64,000 bases of DNA from Mobula hypostoma (GCF_963921235.1 NC_086097.1:43092001-43156000); one strand, 5' to 3'. Positions 24,542 to 36,295 are shown, numbered from the stretch's first letter. Program-made: numbers and translations. The notes: a model not told the origin generated them from the letters alone.

Positions 24542-27380
24542 TTGCAGGGGGATGAGACCCAGAGTGCCAGAGCTGACAGTGTGGCTGGGGTGAAAATAAA
24601 TGATGTTAAAAGTTCAAGCAAATCCGCTAATAGAAAGGTTGTGAGTGATGGTAAAAATCTTCTGAGGTGTATATATTTCAATGCTAGGAGTATTGCAGGG
24701 AAGACGGATGAGTTGAGGGTGTGGATTGACACGTGGAATTATGACGTTATAGCAATTAGTGAAACTTGGCTACAGGAGGGGCAGGACTGGCAGCTTAATA
24801 TTCCAGGGTTCCGATGTTTCAGATGTGATCGAGGCAGAGGAATGAAAGGTGGGGGAGTAGCATTGCTTGTTAGGGAAAATATTACAGCAGTGCTCAGGCA
24901 GGACAGATTAGAGGGCTTGTCTACTGAGTCCTTATGGGTGGAGCTGAGAAACAGGAAAGGTAATGGCCTCATTAGTGGGATTGTATTACAGACCATCCAA
25001 TAGTCAATGAGAATTAGAAGAGCAAATCTGCGGAGAGATAGCAGGCAACATAAAGTTGTGGTAGGGGATTTTAATTTTCCATATATTGATTGGGACTCCC
25101 ATACTGTTAGGGGTGTAGATGGTTTAGAGTTTGTAAAATGTGTTCAGGAAAGTTTTCTAAATCAATATATAGAGGGACCAACTAGAGGGGATGCAATATT
25201 GGATCTCCTGTTAGGAAACGAGTTAGGACAAGTGATGGAAGTCTGTGTAGGGGAGCACTTTGGTTCCAGTGATCATAACACCATTAGTTTCTACTTGATC
25301 GTGGACAAGGATAGATCTGGTCCTAGGGTTGAGGTTCTGAACTGGAAGAAGGCCAAATTTGAAGAAATGAGAAAGGATCTAAAAAGCGTGGATTGGGACA
25401 GGTTGTTCTCTGGCAAAGATGTGATCGGTAGGTGGGAAGCCTTTAAGGGAGAAATTTTGAGAGTGCAGAGTTTGTATGTTCCTGTCAGGATGAAAGGCAA
25501 AGTGAATAGAAATAAGGAACCTTGGTTCTCAAGGGATATTGCAACTCTGATAAAGAAGAGAGAGTTGTATGACATGTATAGGAAACAGGGAGTAAATAAG
25601 GTGCTTGAAGAGTATAAGAAGTGCAAGAAAATACTTAAGAAAGAAATCAGGAGGGCTAAAAGAAGACATGATGTTGCCTTGGCAGTCAAAGTGAAGGATA
25701 ATCCAAAGAGCTTTTACAGGTATATTAAGAGCAAAAGGATTGTAAGGGATAAAATTGGTCCTCTTGAAGATCAGAGTGGTCGGCTATGTGTGGAACCAAA
25801 GGAAATGGGGGAGATCTTAAAAAGGTTTTTTTGCATCTGTATTTACTAAGGAAACTGGCATGAAGTCTATGAAATTAAGGGAAATAAGTAGTGAGATCAT
25901 GGAAACTGTACAGATTGAAAAGGAGAAGGTGCTTGCTGTCTTGAGGAAAATTAGTGGATAAATCCCCGGGACCTGACAGGGTGTTCCCTCGGACCTTGAA
26001 GGAGACTAGTGTTGAAATTGCAGGGGCCCTGGCAGAAATATTTTAAATGTCGCTGTCTACAGGTGAGGTGCCGGAGGATTGGAGAGTGGCTCATATTGTT
26101 CTGTTGTTTAAAAAAGGATCAAAAAGTAATCCGGGAAATTATAGGCCAGTAAGTTTAACGTCGGTAGTAGGTAAGTTATTGGAGGGAGTACTAAGAGACA
26201 GCATCTACAAGCATTTGGATAGACAGGGACTTATTAGGGAGAGTCAACATGGCTTTGTGCGTGGTAGGTTATGTTTGACCAATCTATTGGAGTTTTTCGA
26301 GGAGGTTACCAGGAAAGTGGATGAAGGGAAGGCAGTGGATATTGTCTACATGGACTTCAGTAAGGCCTTTGACAAGGTCCCGCATGGGAGGTTAGTTAGG
26401 AAAATTCAGTCGCTAGGTATACATGGAGAGGTGGTAAATTGGATTAGATATTGGCTCAATGGAAGAAGCCAAAGAGTGGTAGTAGAGAATTGCTTCTCCG
26501 AGTGGAAGCCTGTGACTAGTGGTGTGCCACAGGGATCAGTGCTGGGTCCATTGTTATTTGTCATCTATATCAATGATCTGGATGATAATGTGGTAAATTG
26601 GATCAGCAAATTTGCTGATGGTACAAAGATTGGAGGTGTAGTAGACAGTGAGGAAGGTTTTCAGAGCCTGCAGAGGGACTTGGACCAGCTGGAAAAATGG
26701 GCTGAAAAATGGCAGATGGAGTTTAATACAGACAAGTGTAAGGTATTGATCGTTGGAAGGACAAACCAAGGTAGAATATACAGGGTTAATGGTAAGGCAC
26801 TGAGGAGTGCAGTGGAACAGAGGGATCTGGGAGTACAGATAGAAAATTCCCTAAAAGAGGCATCACAGAAAGATAGGGTCGTAAAGAGAGCTTTTGGTAC
26901 GTTGGCCTTTATTAATCAAGGTATTGAGTATAAGAGCTGGAATGTTATGATGAGGTTGTATAAGGCATTGGTGAGGCCGAATCTGGAGTATTGTGTTCAG
27001 TTTTGGTCACCAAATTACAGGAAGGATATAAATAAGGTTGAAAGAGTGCAGAGAAGGTTTACAAGGATGTTGCCGGGACTTGAGAAACTCAGTTACAGAG
27101 AAAGGTTGAATAGGTTAGGACTTTATTCCCTGGAGCGTAGAAGAATGAGGGGAGATTTGATAGAGGTATATAAAATTATGATGGGTATAGATAGAGTGAA
27201 TGCAAGCAGGCTTTTTCCACTGACGCAAGGGGAGGAAAAAAACCAGAGGACATGGGTTAAGGGTGAGGGGGGGGAAAGTTTAAAGGGAACATTAGGGGGG
27301 GCTTCTTCACATAGAGAGTGGTGGGAGTATGGAATGAGCTGCCAGAGGAGATGGTAAATGCGGGTTCTTTTTTAACATTT
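24542..27380 (+). pseudogene. CR1 ORF2 (APE endonuclease + reverse transcriptase), frameshifted
   Basis: YFNARSI, ISETWL, GGGVALLV, VGDFN, SDHN, NYRPVSLTS, DFSKAFDKV, GVPQGSVLGP, FADG (YADD position degenerate). Broken into at least four frames. Confidence 0.92.
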
Positions 27381-28325
27381 AAGAATAAATTGGACAGATA
27401 CATGGATTGGAGTGATATGGTCCGTGTGCAGGTCACTGGGACTAGACAGAAAATGATTTGGCACAGCCAAGAAGGGCCAAAAGGCCTGTTTCTGTGCTGT
27501 AGTTTTTCTGTGGTTTCTCTGGTTTCTAAATAGGACCATCTGCTTAAAGATTACTTTCCTGGGTATACTCACTCCCAGGTTTATTGGCTGTGAAAGGTTT
27601 TCAGGGTCAGGCTTCCAAACCATGTTCTTCTGAAGCCTAGATGATTTTCCAACATGGGCATTGATCATGCATGTACAGAGTCAGCAAGAAGGGCATTTTG
27701 CAATCAGCTTAGACTGTTTTTCATGTTAATTTGTTCAAGGAACATGGATGTCTCTGGCGATATTGACATTTATTGTCTATTTAAATTGACGAAGAATCAA
27801 CAACAGTGGTGAATCTGATATAGGTCGGTTGGGCAAGGTTAGCAGATTCCCTTCTCTGAAGGCCTTTGCTGAATAAGGTTTTATTTTCGTATACTTCAAT
27901 TTTATTTTAATCATTCAATTCCTATTCCCTGGCTACCTTGGTGGGACTCGAACTACTGTTTCAGATCAGTCGTTAAGAAATAAAGGCAGAAAACTATGGA
28001 ATGATAACTAGTCATTGACCTGATATGTTAATTCTTATTTCTTGCTGCACAGTGAGCTGCTGAGTATTTTCAGTTTTTATTTCAGATTTCCAGGTTCTGC
28101 AATTTGTTTGCTTCTTGGGTTCAGAGCACAAGTTGACAGAATCTACTGTACAGTACCAAGTGCTAATCTTGTGCAATTGGCCAGTATAATCGGTTCAAAT
28201 TGAGCAAAAACTTGAGTAGGCCTTTTGCTTGACTGAGTTAATGTGTTTTATTACTTCAATTAATCAGTCACTCTGTTTGTAATGGTGTGCTGCTAAACCA
28301 CAATTGTATTTTTTTAACCCCTTAG

Positions 28326-28438
28326 AATCATGGTTAAAGGAATACGTCCACAGGGGCGCTCATGGCATACACTGACTTCTGTAACAGATGATCAGCTTTT
28401 CGTTTTTGGTGGATTAAGTGCAGAAAGTCAACCTCTTA
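28326..28438 (+). CDS. KLHDC1: KLHDC1 coding exon 9, 113 bp
   Basis: cttag|A...CTTA|gtaagt. IMVKGIRPQGRSWHTLTSVTDDQLFVFGGLSAESQPL. Confidence 0.95.
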
Positions 28439-28649
28439 GTAAGTGCTTAAACAATTTTTCTGAGTTATCCTTAATGCAGACAGATTTACTTTCTGTTATT
28501 TTTCCTGAGGCATTTCATGAACATTAAATTCCTCCCAAATTTCTTTACCTTTTCCTACACCCTTCTCATCATCTGAGGTTCTTCATTCTCTACGTCACCT
28601 CTCTCTTGATCTCCATCTCTCTTACAACACTGGAACTCGGAATATAACG

Positions 28650-29504
28650 TGTACGGGGTCTTTCTTTTTGTTAAATTTAAAATGACTTCTCTTGTTATGT
28701 TATACTGAGGAATGCTGAGACAGTCTCTAACTAGACAGTTGCTTGGGTTATTAGAGATAGCAGGGTGCTATTATCCAATGGGTGGTCATGTATCGTTTTG
28801 TTTTCGGATACAATGCTGTATCATATGACTGTGGATGGGGTTTTTGGGGGGGAGTCGGAGGAGAGACGGAGAGGACGGTGGACGGGGTTTTGGTGGGGAG
28901 TCGGAGGAGAGGCGGAGAGGACGGTGGACGGGGTTTTTGACGGGGAGTCGGAGGAGAGACAGAGAGGACGGTGGACAGGGTTTTTGGGGGGAGACGGGGA
29001 GGACGGTGGACGGGGTTTTGGTGGGGAGTCGGAGGAGAGGTGGAGAGGACGGTGGACGGGGTTTTTGACGGGGAGTCGGAGTAGAGACGGAGAGGACGGT
29101 GGACAGGGTTTTTGGGGGGAGTCGGAGGAGAGATGGGGAGGACGGCAGACGTGCAGAAAGGCTCCAGTTGATCACTCCGGGTGGTACTGAGCCGTGAGTC
29201 GACAGGATCCGGGTGGTCGTCAGGAATCGATTGAGCTCCAACGGTAGCACGCGAAGAACTTGGACTTGGATAAGTGTTGGCACCTTTTTTTTTCATTACT
29301 TTCCTCTCTGTATCGAATTTATATTAATGTCATAGAATTAGTAATATCTATAAAGTGTACTTGTTAAAATTTACTGGGTGTGCTGGCTGATGATTGATGT
29401 TTGGGATTGATTCGGGCGGTGACCGACACTGTGGGGAGTGTTGAGGCAGGTGCTGGGTGGGATTTCCCCTAGACATATACGAGCCAATATAACGGAACGT
29501 TACA
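28650..29504 (+). repeat. 5' LTR (855 bp)
   Basis: TGTACGGGGTCTTTC...AACGGAACGTTACA, a direct repeat of 35351-36011. Confidence 0.95.
28831..29145 (+). repeat. G-rich 46-47 bp minisatellite inside the 5' LTR (~7 units)
   Basis: Unit GGGGAGTCGGAGGAGAGACGGAGAGGACGGTGGACGGGGTTTTTGAC. GAGTCGG recurs at 28852, 28898, 28945, 29026, 29073 and 29119, plus one shortened unit. Confidence 0.92.
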
Positions 29505-29506
29505 AG

Positions 29507-29527
29507 TGGGGGCTACTGTCCTGGATT
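29507..29527 (+). other. Primer binding site, tRNA-Pro type (degenerate)
   Basis: TGGGGGCTACTGTCCTGGATT, 2 nt after the LTR, versus the canonical tRNA-Pro PBS TGGGGGCTCGTCCGGGAT. Confidence 0.75.
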
Positions 29528-29575
29528 TGGATTTTCGGTAAAGCTGTAATAGTTGTCGCATTAAGTGGTGTGAAG

Positions 29576-30900
29576 ATGGATCGAGATAAGATTGTAAGTT
29601 GGTGTGAATTGGAGGAGGTACCGGTGAATCATGCTTGCGTGCTAAGTGGGGTCAATTATCGCATTCCGGCAGATGTACTGGTGCGAGGGTTTAGTTTGAT
29701 TAAAGGTATCGGGCAGGTAGAATTTATGGCTAGAAGGTGTGGGAAAGAACTGGAGTCCAGCTGGATGTTGGTGCGGATGAGTGCCAACGTCATGATGTTG
29801 GAGCTACCAGCGACAGTCCACGTCCAGGGGGAGGCAGGGCCGTGGGGTCTCCACACCCTCCTGGAGGACGAAAGTGAGGAGGTGCCAGAGGAGGAGCTAG
29901 ATAAGGCCCCAGGGGAGGAGGGGAGGTGCTAGTAGCCAGAGGTGGAGGTGTGGAGTGGGAAGGCTTGGCCAGGCCCCGTCCCCCAGTTAGGGCTGAGACC
30001 TCCGAGTTATTGGCTGCCATTACCTCCCTGGCGAGAAGGGTTGAGGGGCCCCGCCCGAAGCTGAGAATTTTCTCGGGAGCCAGGCCCACCCCGGAAGGGG
30101 AGGATGAATATGAGACCTGGGTTGAGGATACATCCCAGTTGTTAGAGGTGTGGCCAGTTTCAGATGAGGAAAAGAGACAGCGATTGGTGGAAAGCTTAAG
30201 GGGTGGGGCAGCCCGTGTGGTCTGCGAGTTAAGAGCGGAACACCCTTTGGCTTTCCTGTCGGAGTGTTTGGACACTTTGGAGGAAGTGTTTGGACTGTCA
30301 GGAGATCCCTGGCAACATTTAGCGGAGTTTCAAGGGATGGGGCAGAGAAGAGGGGAAAAGCTCTCAGAATACGTTTTCCGGCTGGAAGGGAAGCTTACGG
30401 GGCTGCGGCACCAAAGGGTAGTGAGGGCAGACGAAGTGGCGAAGTTGAGGATGAGCCAGATATGTAGAGGTTCCCGGGAGGATGACAGGGTGGCTTGGAG
30501 TATCCAGCAGTCATATAAGAGGAGCCCCCCTCCATCATTCGGGCAGCTGATTAGAGAGGTACGGGTGGAGGAGAGTGCTTCGGGCCGACCAGGGGGCTCG
30601 AACCCCCGGGGACGGTCTTCAGCGGTTCAGGAGATGGTAGCCGGGGTGAGATCAGAGAAATCCAAGGGGTCCCCGGGGGGGGGAGGCCTACCGGGAGGAG
30701 AGAGGCGGCGGGTAGCGGGTGCTATAACTGGGAGAGAGGGGCATTTCCAGCAGGAATGTGAGTGGCCGGGGGTGTGCTACAGCTGTGGGGAAGCGGGTCA
30801 CTTGCGGAGGGATTGTGAGAGACGAGATGCTCCGAGGGGGGAGGGCTCCCGGGCCACTAAGAAGGGAGAGCTGTCGGGAAACTTAGGAGAGGCTCAGTGA
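29576..30900 (+). pseudogene. Gypsy gag, PNMA/Ma-like capsid plus CCHC knuckle, one frameshift near 29925
   Basis: MDRDKIVSWC... N-terminus. KLRIFSGARPTPEGEDEYETWVE...WPVSDEEKRQRLVESLRG (PNMA signature), Q..GEKLSEYVFRLE, CYSCGEAGHLRRDC. Confidence 0.88.
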
Positions 30901-30936
30901 GGGAACGGACTGGAGTCTCGGAAGGAACACGTTCCC
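30876..30936 (+). other. Programmed -1 ribosomal frameshift signal (slippery heptamer + pseudoknot)
   Basis: G GGA AAC in the gag frame at 30876-30882. Stem 1 GAGGCTCAGT/ACT(G)GAGTCTC. Loop GGGAACG pairs with CGTTCCC (30930-30936). The protease ORF is in the -1 frame. Confidence 0.8.
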
Positions 30937-33900
30937 AGAAAACAGCTATGGAACCCCAGAAAGTACAAGCCCAAATTCTGGATGGACTGGTGGGACCCTG
31001 TTCCAGTGTGTCCCTACGGATAGAGGGAATCTTTGCGAAAGCCATCCTTGACACCGGGTCACAGGTTACCTTACTGTACCAGTCGTTCTACAACAAATAT
31101 CTGAAGCGTTTGCTAGTAACTCCGTTTAATGCACTGGAGATTTGGGGCATAACTGATGGTGATTACCCGTACGATGGGTACCTGTCAGTGAGATTGGAAT
31201 TTTCGGAGGGAGATGTGGGAGTGTCGGAAGCCTTGCAGACGCTGGTGTTGGTCTGTCTGGACCCGGTGGAAACTGGTGGTGCTGCCCTCTAGTGGGGACT
31301 AACTCCCCTCTGGTGTGACGGCTCTTGGGAGCCGTTAAGAAGAAGGCGGGGGAGAACTTTCTGGAGACCCTCTCGGTACACCCAGTGTTCCGAGCGGTGT
31401 ACGAAGGAGTGGGTGACCCTCAGGGGCTGGATCCTGAGTGCAAACGAGGGACGGTGTGGTGCACTCAGGCGAGGCCTAAGGTGATATGGCCAGGGGAGGC
31501 GGCATTAGTGATGGGGACCCCCAGATTCCCCAGAGTACCGGCGGGCGAGGCCCTGCTAGTAGACGCCCCAGACGACCTGGAAGGGGAGTTCCAGTTCCCG
31601 GCTGGGGCGCTGGTGAGACCTGAATTGCGGAGGCCCTCAGTTGTACAGGCACGGCGGATGGGGGTGATGGTAAGGAACATAACGGAGCGGGATCACTTTT
31701 AACTGCGGGATGCCCCTCGCGCTCTTGTTCCCGGTGACGGTGATGTCCAGCGCCCCCGTGAAGCCCACTGGAGGAAAACTATTGGAGAACGGGGGGCGGC
31801 TGACCGAGGAGGCCTTTAATTTTGAAGACTCCCCTGTACCGCCAGCGTATAAAAGCAGGCTGGTGGAGAAGATGCTGAAGTTAGGGAATGTCTTTTCCCA
31901 GGGCGAGTTTGATGTGGGATGTTCCAAGAGCGCTCGGCACACTATCCGGGTGACAGATGACACCCCGTTTAGAGAGAGGTCGCGGCGGTTAGCCCCAGCA
32001 GATGTGGAAGATGTGCGTCAGTTGAAGGATGCAGGGAATATCGCGGAGTCCCGAAGCCCCTATGCATCCCCCATAGTGGTGGCAAGGAAGAAACATGGGA
32101 AGGTACGCACGTGCGTGGACTGCAGGACCCTGAACCGGCGCACTGTTCCTGACCAATATACGGTCCCAAGGGTGGAAGATGCCTTGGCCTGTCTGAGTGG
32201 TGCACAGTGGTTCAGTGTATTGGATTTGCGGAGTGGGTATTACCAGATTCCGATGAGTGAGACCGATATAGAGAAGACGGCCTTTATCTGCCCCCTGGGA
32301 TTTTTCCAGTTCAAACGAATGCCCCAAGGCGTCTCGGGGGCCCCAGCCACCTTCCAGCGGCTCATGGAGCGGACAGTGGGGGACATGAACCTGCTGGAGG
32401 TATTGGTGTACCTGGACGACCTGATAGTGTTTGGATCTACGTTGGAGGAACATGAGGAGCGGCTGCTGAAGGTGCTGAGTCGGCTGAAGGAGGAAGGGTT
32501 AAAACTTTCCCTGGGTAAATGTCAGTTCTGTAAGACGTCGGTCAGTTATGTCGGGCACATAATCTCGCGAAATGGAGTGGCCACTGATCCGGGTAAGATA
32601 GCCACAGTAACCACCTGGCCGAGACCTCAGAAGGTGAGCGCCTTACGCTCGTTTTTGGGGTTTTGCAGTTATTACCAGCGATTCGTGAAAGGATATGCGA
32701 AAATGAGTCATCCATTGAACCAGCTGTTGTGTGGTTATCCACCTGTGGGGAGGAAGAGGAAGGGAGACCGAGGGCCAGAGGTAAGAGGATACTTGAACCC
32801 AGGGGAGCCTTTTGGATTGAGGTGGAATGCTCAATGTGAGGAGGCGTTCCAATCTCTGAACAGGGCGCTGACACAGGCCCTGGTGTTGGCTTTTGCTGAT
32901 CCCCGGAAGCCATATGTTCTATACACTGATGCCAGTCACGAGGGTCTGGGGGCTGTCCTGTACCAGTAACAGGGCAACGGATTGAGGCCGGTGGCGTTTG
33001 TCAGCCGGAGCTTGTCGCCATCTGAGAGAAACTATCCCACTCACAAGCTGGAGTTCTTGGCGCTGAAATGGGCGGTGGTGGACAAGTTGAGTGACTACCT
33101 ATACGGGGCCCAGTTTGAGGTAAGAACTGACAGCAACCCCCTCACTTATATCCTGACCTCGGCAAAGCTAGATGCTACTGGGCACCGGTGGATAGCAGCC
33201 TTGTCTGCCTATGAGTTCAGCCTGAAGTACCGCCCGGGGAGTCGGAACATCGATGCAGATGCCCTGTCTCGTCGGGCGCACGAGGAGTCAGGCACGGCTG
33301 AGGAGTGGAAGAGTGTCCCTGCCCCGGGAGTAAAGGCCATGTGTCAAGTTGGGAGCGACAGGGAAGTAGTAGCACAGATGGGAATGGATCGGGCAGTAGG
33401 TCAATTGGGGGTTGACGATGATGTGCTACCCACTGTTTACTGTAATTTGACTGCTCTGAGGAACAGGCAGCTGCCGGAGTTGAGCCCCCAGGAAGTGGAG
33501 GCGGCTCAGCGTGATGACCCGAGCATTGGCACTATCTGGTACGCGGTTAGCCAGGGTGATATGGGGCAGGTGGAGAAGGCGAAGCATGCCTCCGTTCCCC
33601 TACTACTGAAGGAGTGGCCTCGGTTGAAGCTGAAGAACCACGTCTTGTACCGGGTCACGTCGCCTCCGGACCACCCCCGGCGCTGGCAGCTGGTCATGCC
33701 TGAGAAGTATTGGAAGACTGTGCTCCAGGCACTGCAAGATGATTCCAGGCACTTAGGGGTAGAGAAGACCTATGGATTAGTCAAGGACCGGTTTTACTGG
33801 CCCCAGATGAGGGGGGAGGTGGAAGAATACTGTAAGACCTGTAGTCGTTGCATCCGGAGGAAGACCTTACCTGTGCAGGCGGCTCCTTTGTCCCACTTGC

Positions 33901-35069
33901 AGAGTGCAGGACCCATGGACCTGGTATGTATGGATTTCCTGTCTATTGAGCCAGACACCAGCAACACCACCAATGTCTTGGTCCTCACAGATCACGACAC
34001 GAGATATGCGCAGGCTTTTCCTACTAAGGATCAGAAAGCGACTACAGTGGCGAAGGTGTTATTGGGAGAAGTACTTTGTTCATTATGGCCTTCCCCGGCG
34101 GATCCATAGTTGTCAGGGACGGGACTTCGAGAGCAGGCTTATCCATGAATTACTGGGTATGCTTGGGGTTGAGAAATCCAGAACCACCCCTTATCACCCG
34201 CAGGGTGATCCTCAGCCCCAGAGGTTTAACCGAACCCTGCTGGACATGCTCGGCACTTTGGAGATTGGACAGAAGAGTAAGTGGAGTCAGCACATTTCCC
34301 ATTTGGTTCACTGTTACAATTGTACTCACAATGATGCTACGGGGTACTCGCTCTACTATCTGATGTTCGGACGGGAAGCGAGGTTGCCCATTGATCTGTG
34401 TTTTGGGACTGAAGTGGGTGAAATACCTTCGAAGCCATGTCTGAAGTACATGTCTGATATGAGGAGAGAGTTGAGAAGGGCGTATGAGTTGGCTGAGGCG
34501 GCAGCCACCAAGCAGAACCAGCGGAATAAGAAGAGGTATGATCAGAAAGTAAAGTTCGTCCAGCTATTGCCGGGAGACCGAGTCCTTATCCGGAATTTAG
34601 GACTACCTGGAAAGCACAAGTTGGCGGACCGTTGGGCAGCCACCCCCTATGTGGTGGAGAGTCAGATGCCGAATCTCCCTGTTTACCGGGTGAGACCTGA
34701 GGACGGGAAGGGGCCTGTCAAGGTACTCCATCGGAACCACCTATATTGCCTCTGAGTCGAGAGGTGAAGGTAGACCCAGAGCCTGAATGGGAGTTTACGC
34801 CTAGTACGAGGACTCTGCGAGGGCGCAGGGCGAGGGAAGAGCCCGCTGCGAAGAAGACGGGGCCGGTCCCCACCTTGCGAAGGGATACGTCATCGGAAGA
34901 TGATTCCGACGTGTGGTACCTGTTTCCGTTCGCTGATTCCCCGGTGCCGGGAGAAGAGGCTCCTGGCCCTTCCATCACTGAGTTAGGGGAACCGAGGGAG
35001 GGTGTTGCAGAGTCGCCTGTATTACAGCCGGAATTGGGGGAGGAGAAGGTGGAGCCAGAATCTGAATGA
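30880..35069 (+). pseudogene. Gypsy pol (protease, RT, RNase H, integrase), disrupted
   Basis: ILDTGSQV; DLRSGYYQI, RMPQG, YLDD (32409-32420); YTDAS, SERNY..KLEFLAL; HLG..KT..C..C, CMDF, GRDFES, RTTPYHPQG. Stops at 31290 and 32967 and frameshifts near 31700, 34065 and 34745. Confidence 0.93.
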
Positions 35070-35337
35070 GGGGTCCCAGTGAGGGGGAGGGTCCGACAGA
35101 TAGGCCCGGGGGGTCACCTGGGGTGTCTGAACAGGGAGAGTTGGCAGAGGAAGTCCAGAGGCCTCAGAGGAGTAGGCGTCCCCCGGAGAGACTAACTTAT
35201 ACAGCTCTGGGAGAACAGGGTGTGATCTCTACTGCCCTAGAAAGTTATGTCACTGCTTTATGCACCTGGGTTGGGTTTTGTGTTTTACAAGGAGCACTGG
35301 TGAACTCTGTTAACGTCATGAGGGCATGACTTTTATT

Positions 35338-35350
35338 GGTGGGGGGAGAG
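35338..35350 (+). other. Polypurine tract
   Basis: GGTGGGGGGAGAG immediately before the 3' LTR TG. Confidence 0.85.
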
Positions 35351-36011
35351 TGTACGGGGTCTTTCTTTTTGTTAAATTTAAAATGACTTCTCTTGTTATG
35401 TTATGCTGAGGAATGCTGAGACGGTCTCTAACTAGACAATTGCGTGGGTTATTAGAGATAGCAGGGTGCTATTAACCAATGGGTGGTCATGTACCGTTTT
35501 GTTTTCGGATACAATGCTGTATCATATGACTGTGGCCGGGGTTTTGGCGAGGAGTCGGAGGAGAGACGGAGAGGACGGTGGACGGGTTTTTTGACGGGGA
35601 GGACGGTGGACGGGTTTTTTGACGGGGAGTCGGAGGAGAGACGGGGAGGACGGCGGCCGTGCGGAGAGGCTCTGGTCGATCACTCCGGGTGGTCCCGAGC
35701 CGTGAGTGGACAGGATCTGGGTGGTCGTCAGGAATCGATTGAGCTCCAACGGTTGTGCACGAAGAACTTGGACTTTGATAAATGTTGGCGCCTTTTTTTT
35801 CATTACTTCCCTCTCTTTATTGAATTTATATTAATGTCATAGAATTAATAATATCTATAAAGTGTACTTGTTAAAATTTACTGGGTGTGCTGACTGATGA
35901 TTGATGTTTGGGATTGATTCGGGCTGCGACTGACCCTGTGGGGAGCGTTGAGGTAGGTGCTCGGTGGGATTTCCCCTAGACATATATGAGCCAATATAAC
36001 GGAACGTTACA
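35351..36011 (+). repeat. 3' LTR (661 bp)
   Basis: Same termini as the 5' LTR. Carries only about 2.5 minisatellite units. Confidence 0.95.
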
Positions 36012-36295
36012 AATGCAAATCTCTCCTGGTCTGTTACCAATATTATTCTGTTTCCTGCACCATTTGAAGGGATTCAGGATAATCTGGGAGGCTTGATGAT
36101 CTTTTTGAGGTTTTTAAATGATAAGGTAGATCAGGAAATCTGTAGCAGTATTTTTGATTCAGAGCTGCAGGAACCAGTTACTGACTTTCAATATTTTTTG
36201 TTTTATTGCAAGATTAAGTGACTTGGCGCAGACTTTCTTCTATGTCAACTGACCTACAAGTCCACAGAGGCAGTTTCATTCACTAAGCCCCTCTA

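Larger units (their letters stand above)
23310..27530 (+). mobile_element. Near full-length CR1 LINE in KLHDC1 intron 8 (sense orientation)
   Basis: CpG-rich 5' UTR, ORF1, ORF2 (APE + RT) and 3' tail GGCCTGTTTCTGTGCTGTAG...(TGGTTTCT)n. The 5' boundary is approximate. Confidence 0.93.
28650..36011 (+). mobile_element. Full-length Ty3/Gypsy LTR retrotransposon with PNMA-type Gag (defective)
   Basis: Two TG...CA LTRs, PBS, PPT, gag and PR-RT-RNaseH-IN order. 4-bp TSD AACG (28646-28649) / AATG (36012-36015), one CpG-type mismatch. Confidence 0.96.

Noticed and set aside
28641..28649. AATATAACG just before the 5' LTR also occurs near the LTR end, suggesting a different LTR boundary
   Set aside because: The 3' LTR starts TGTACG directly after the PPT, and the AACG/AATG TSD fits 28650 and 36011, so the 9-mer is taken as coincidence.
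28831..29145. Regularly spaced repeats resembling a CRISPR array, with overlapping repetitive ORFs on both strands
   Set aside because: Units are head-to-tail with no unique spacers, there are no cas genes, and the array lies inside an LTR in a vertebrate intron. The ORFs are by-products of the minisatellite.
29576..30900. Domesticated PNMA-family host gene
   Set aside because: It is embedded in a complete provirus with LTRs, PBS, PPT, pol and TSD, and gag is frameshifted. It is a retrotransposon copy.
34746..35329. Extra ORFs after integrase as a possible env or accessory gene
   Set aside because: Acidic, proline-rich low-complexity sequence with an RSRRPPERL motif typical of Gypsy pol tails. 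No signal peptide or fusion-protein features, and it is broken by frameshifts.
23200..35842. Numerous antisense and alternate-frame ORFs over the CR1 and Gypsy elements
   Set aside because: Shadow ORFs of GC-rich TE coding sequence with no independent motifs.
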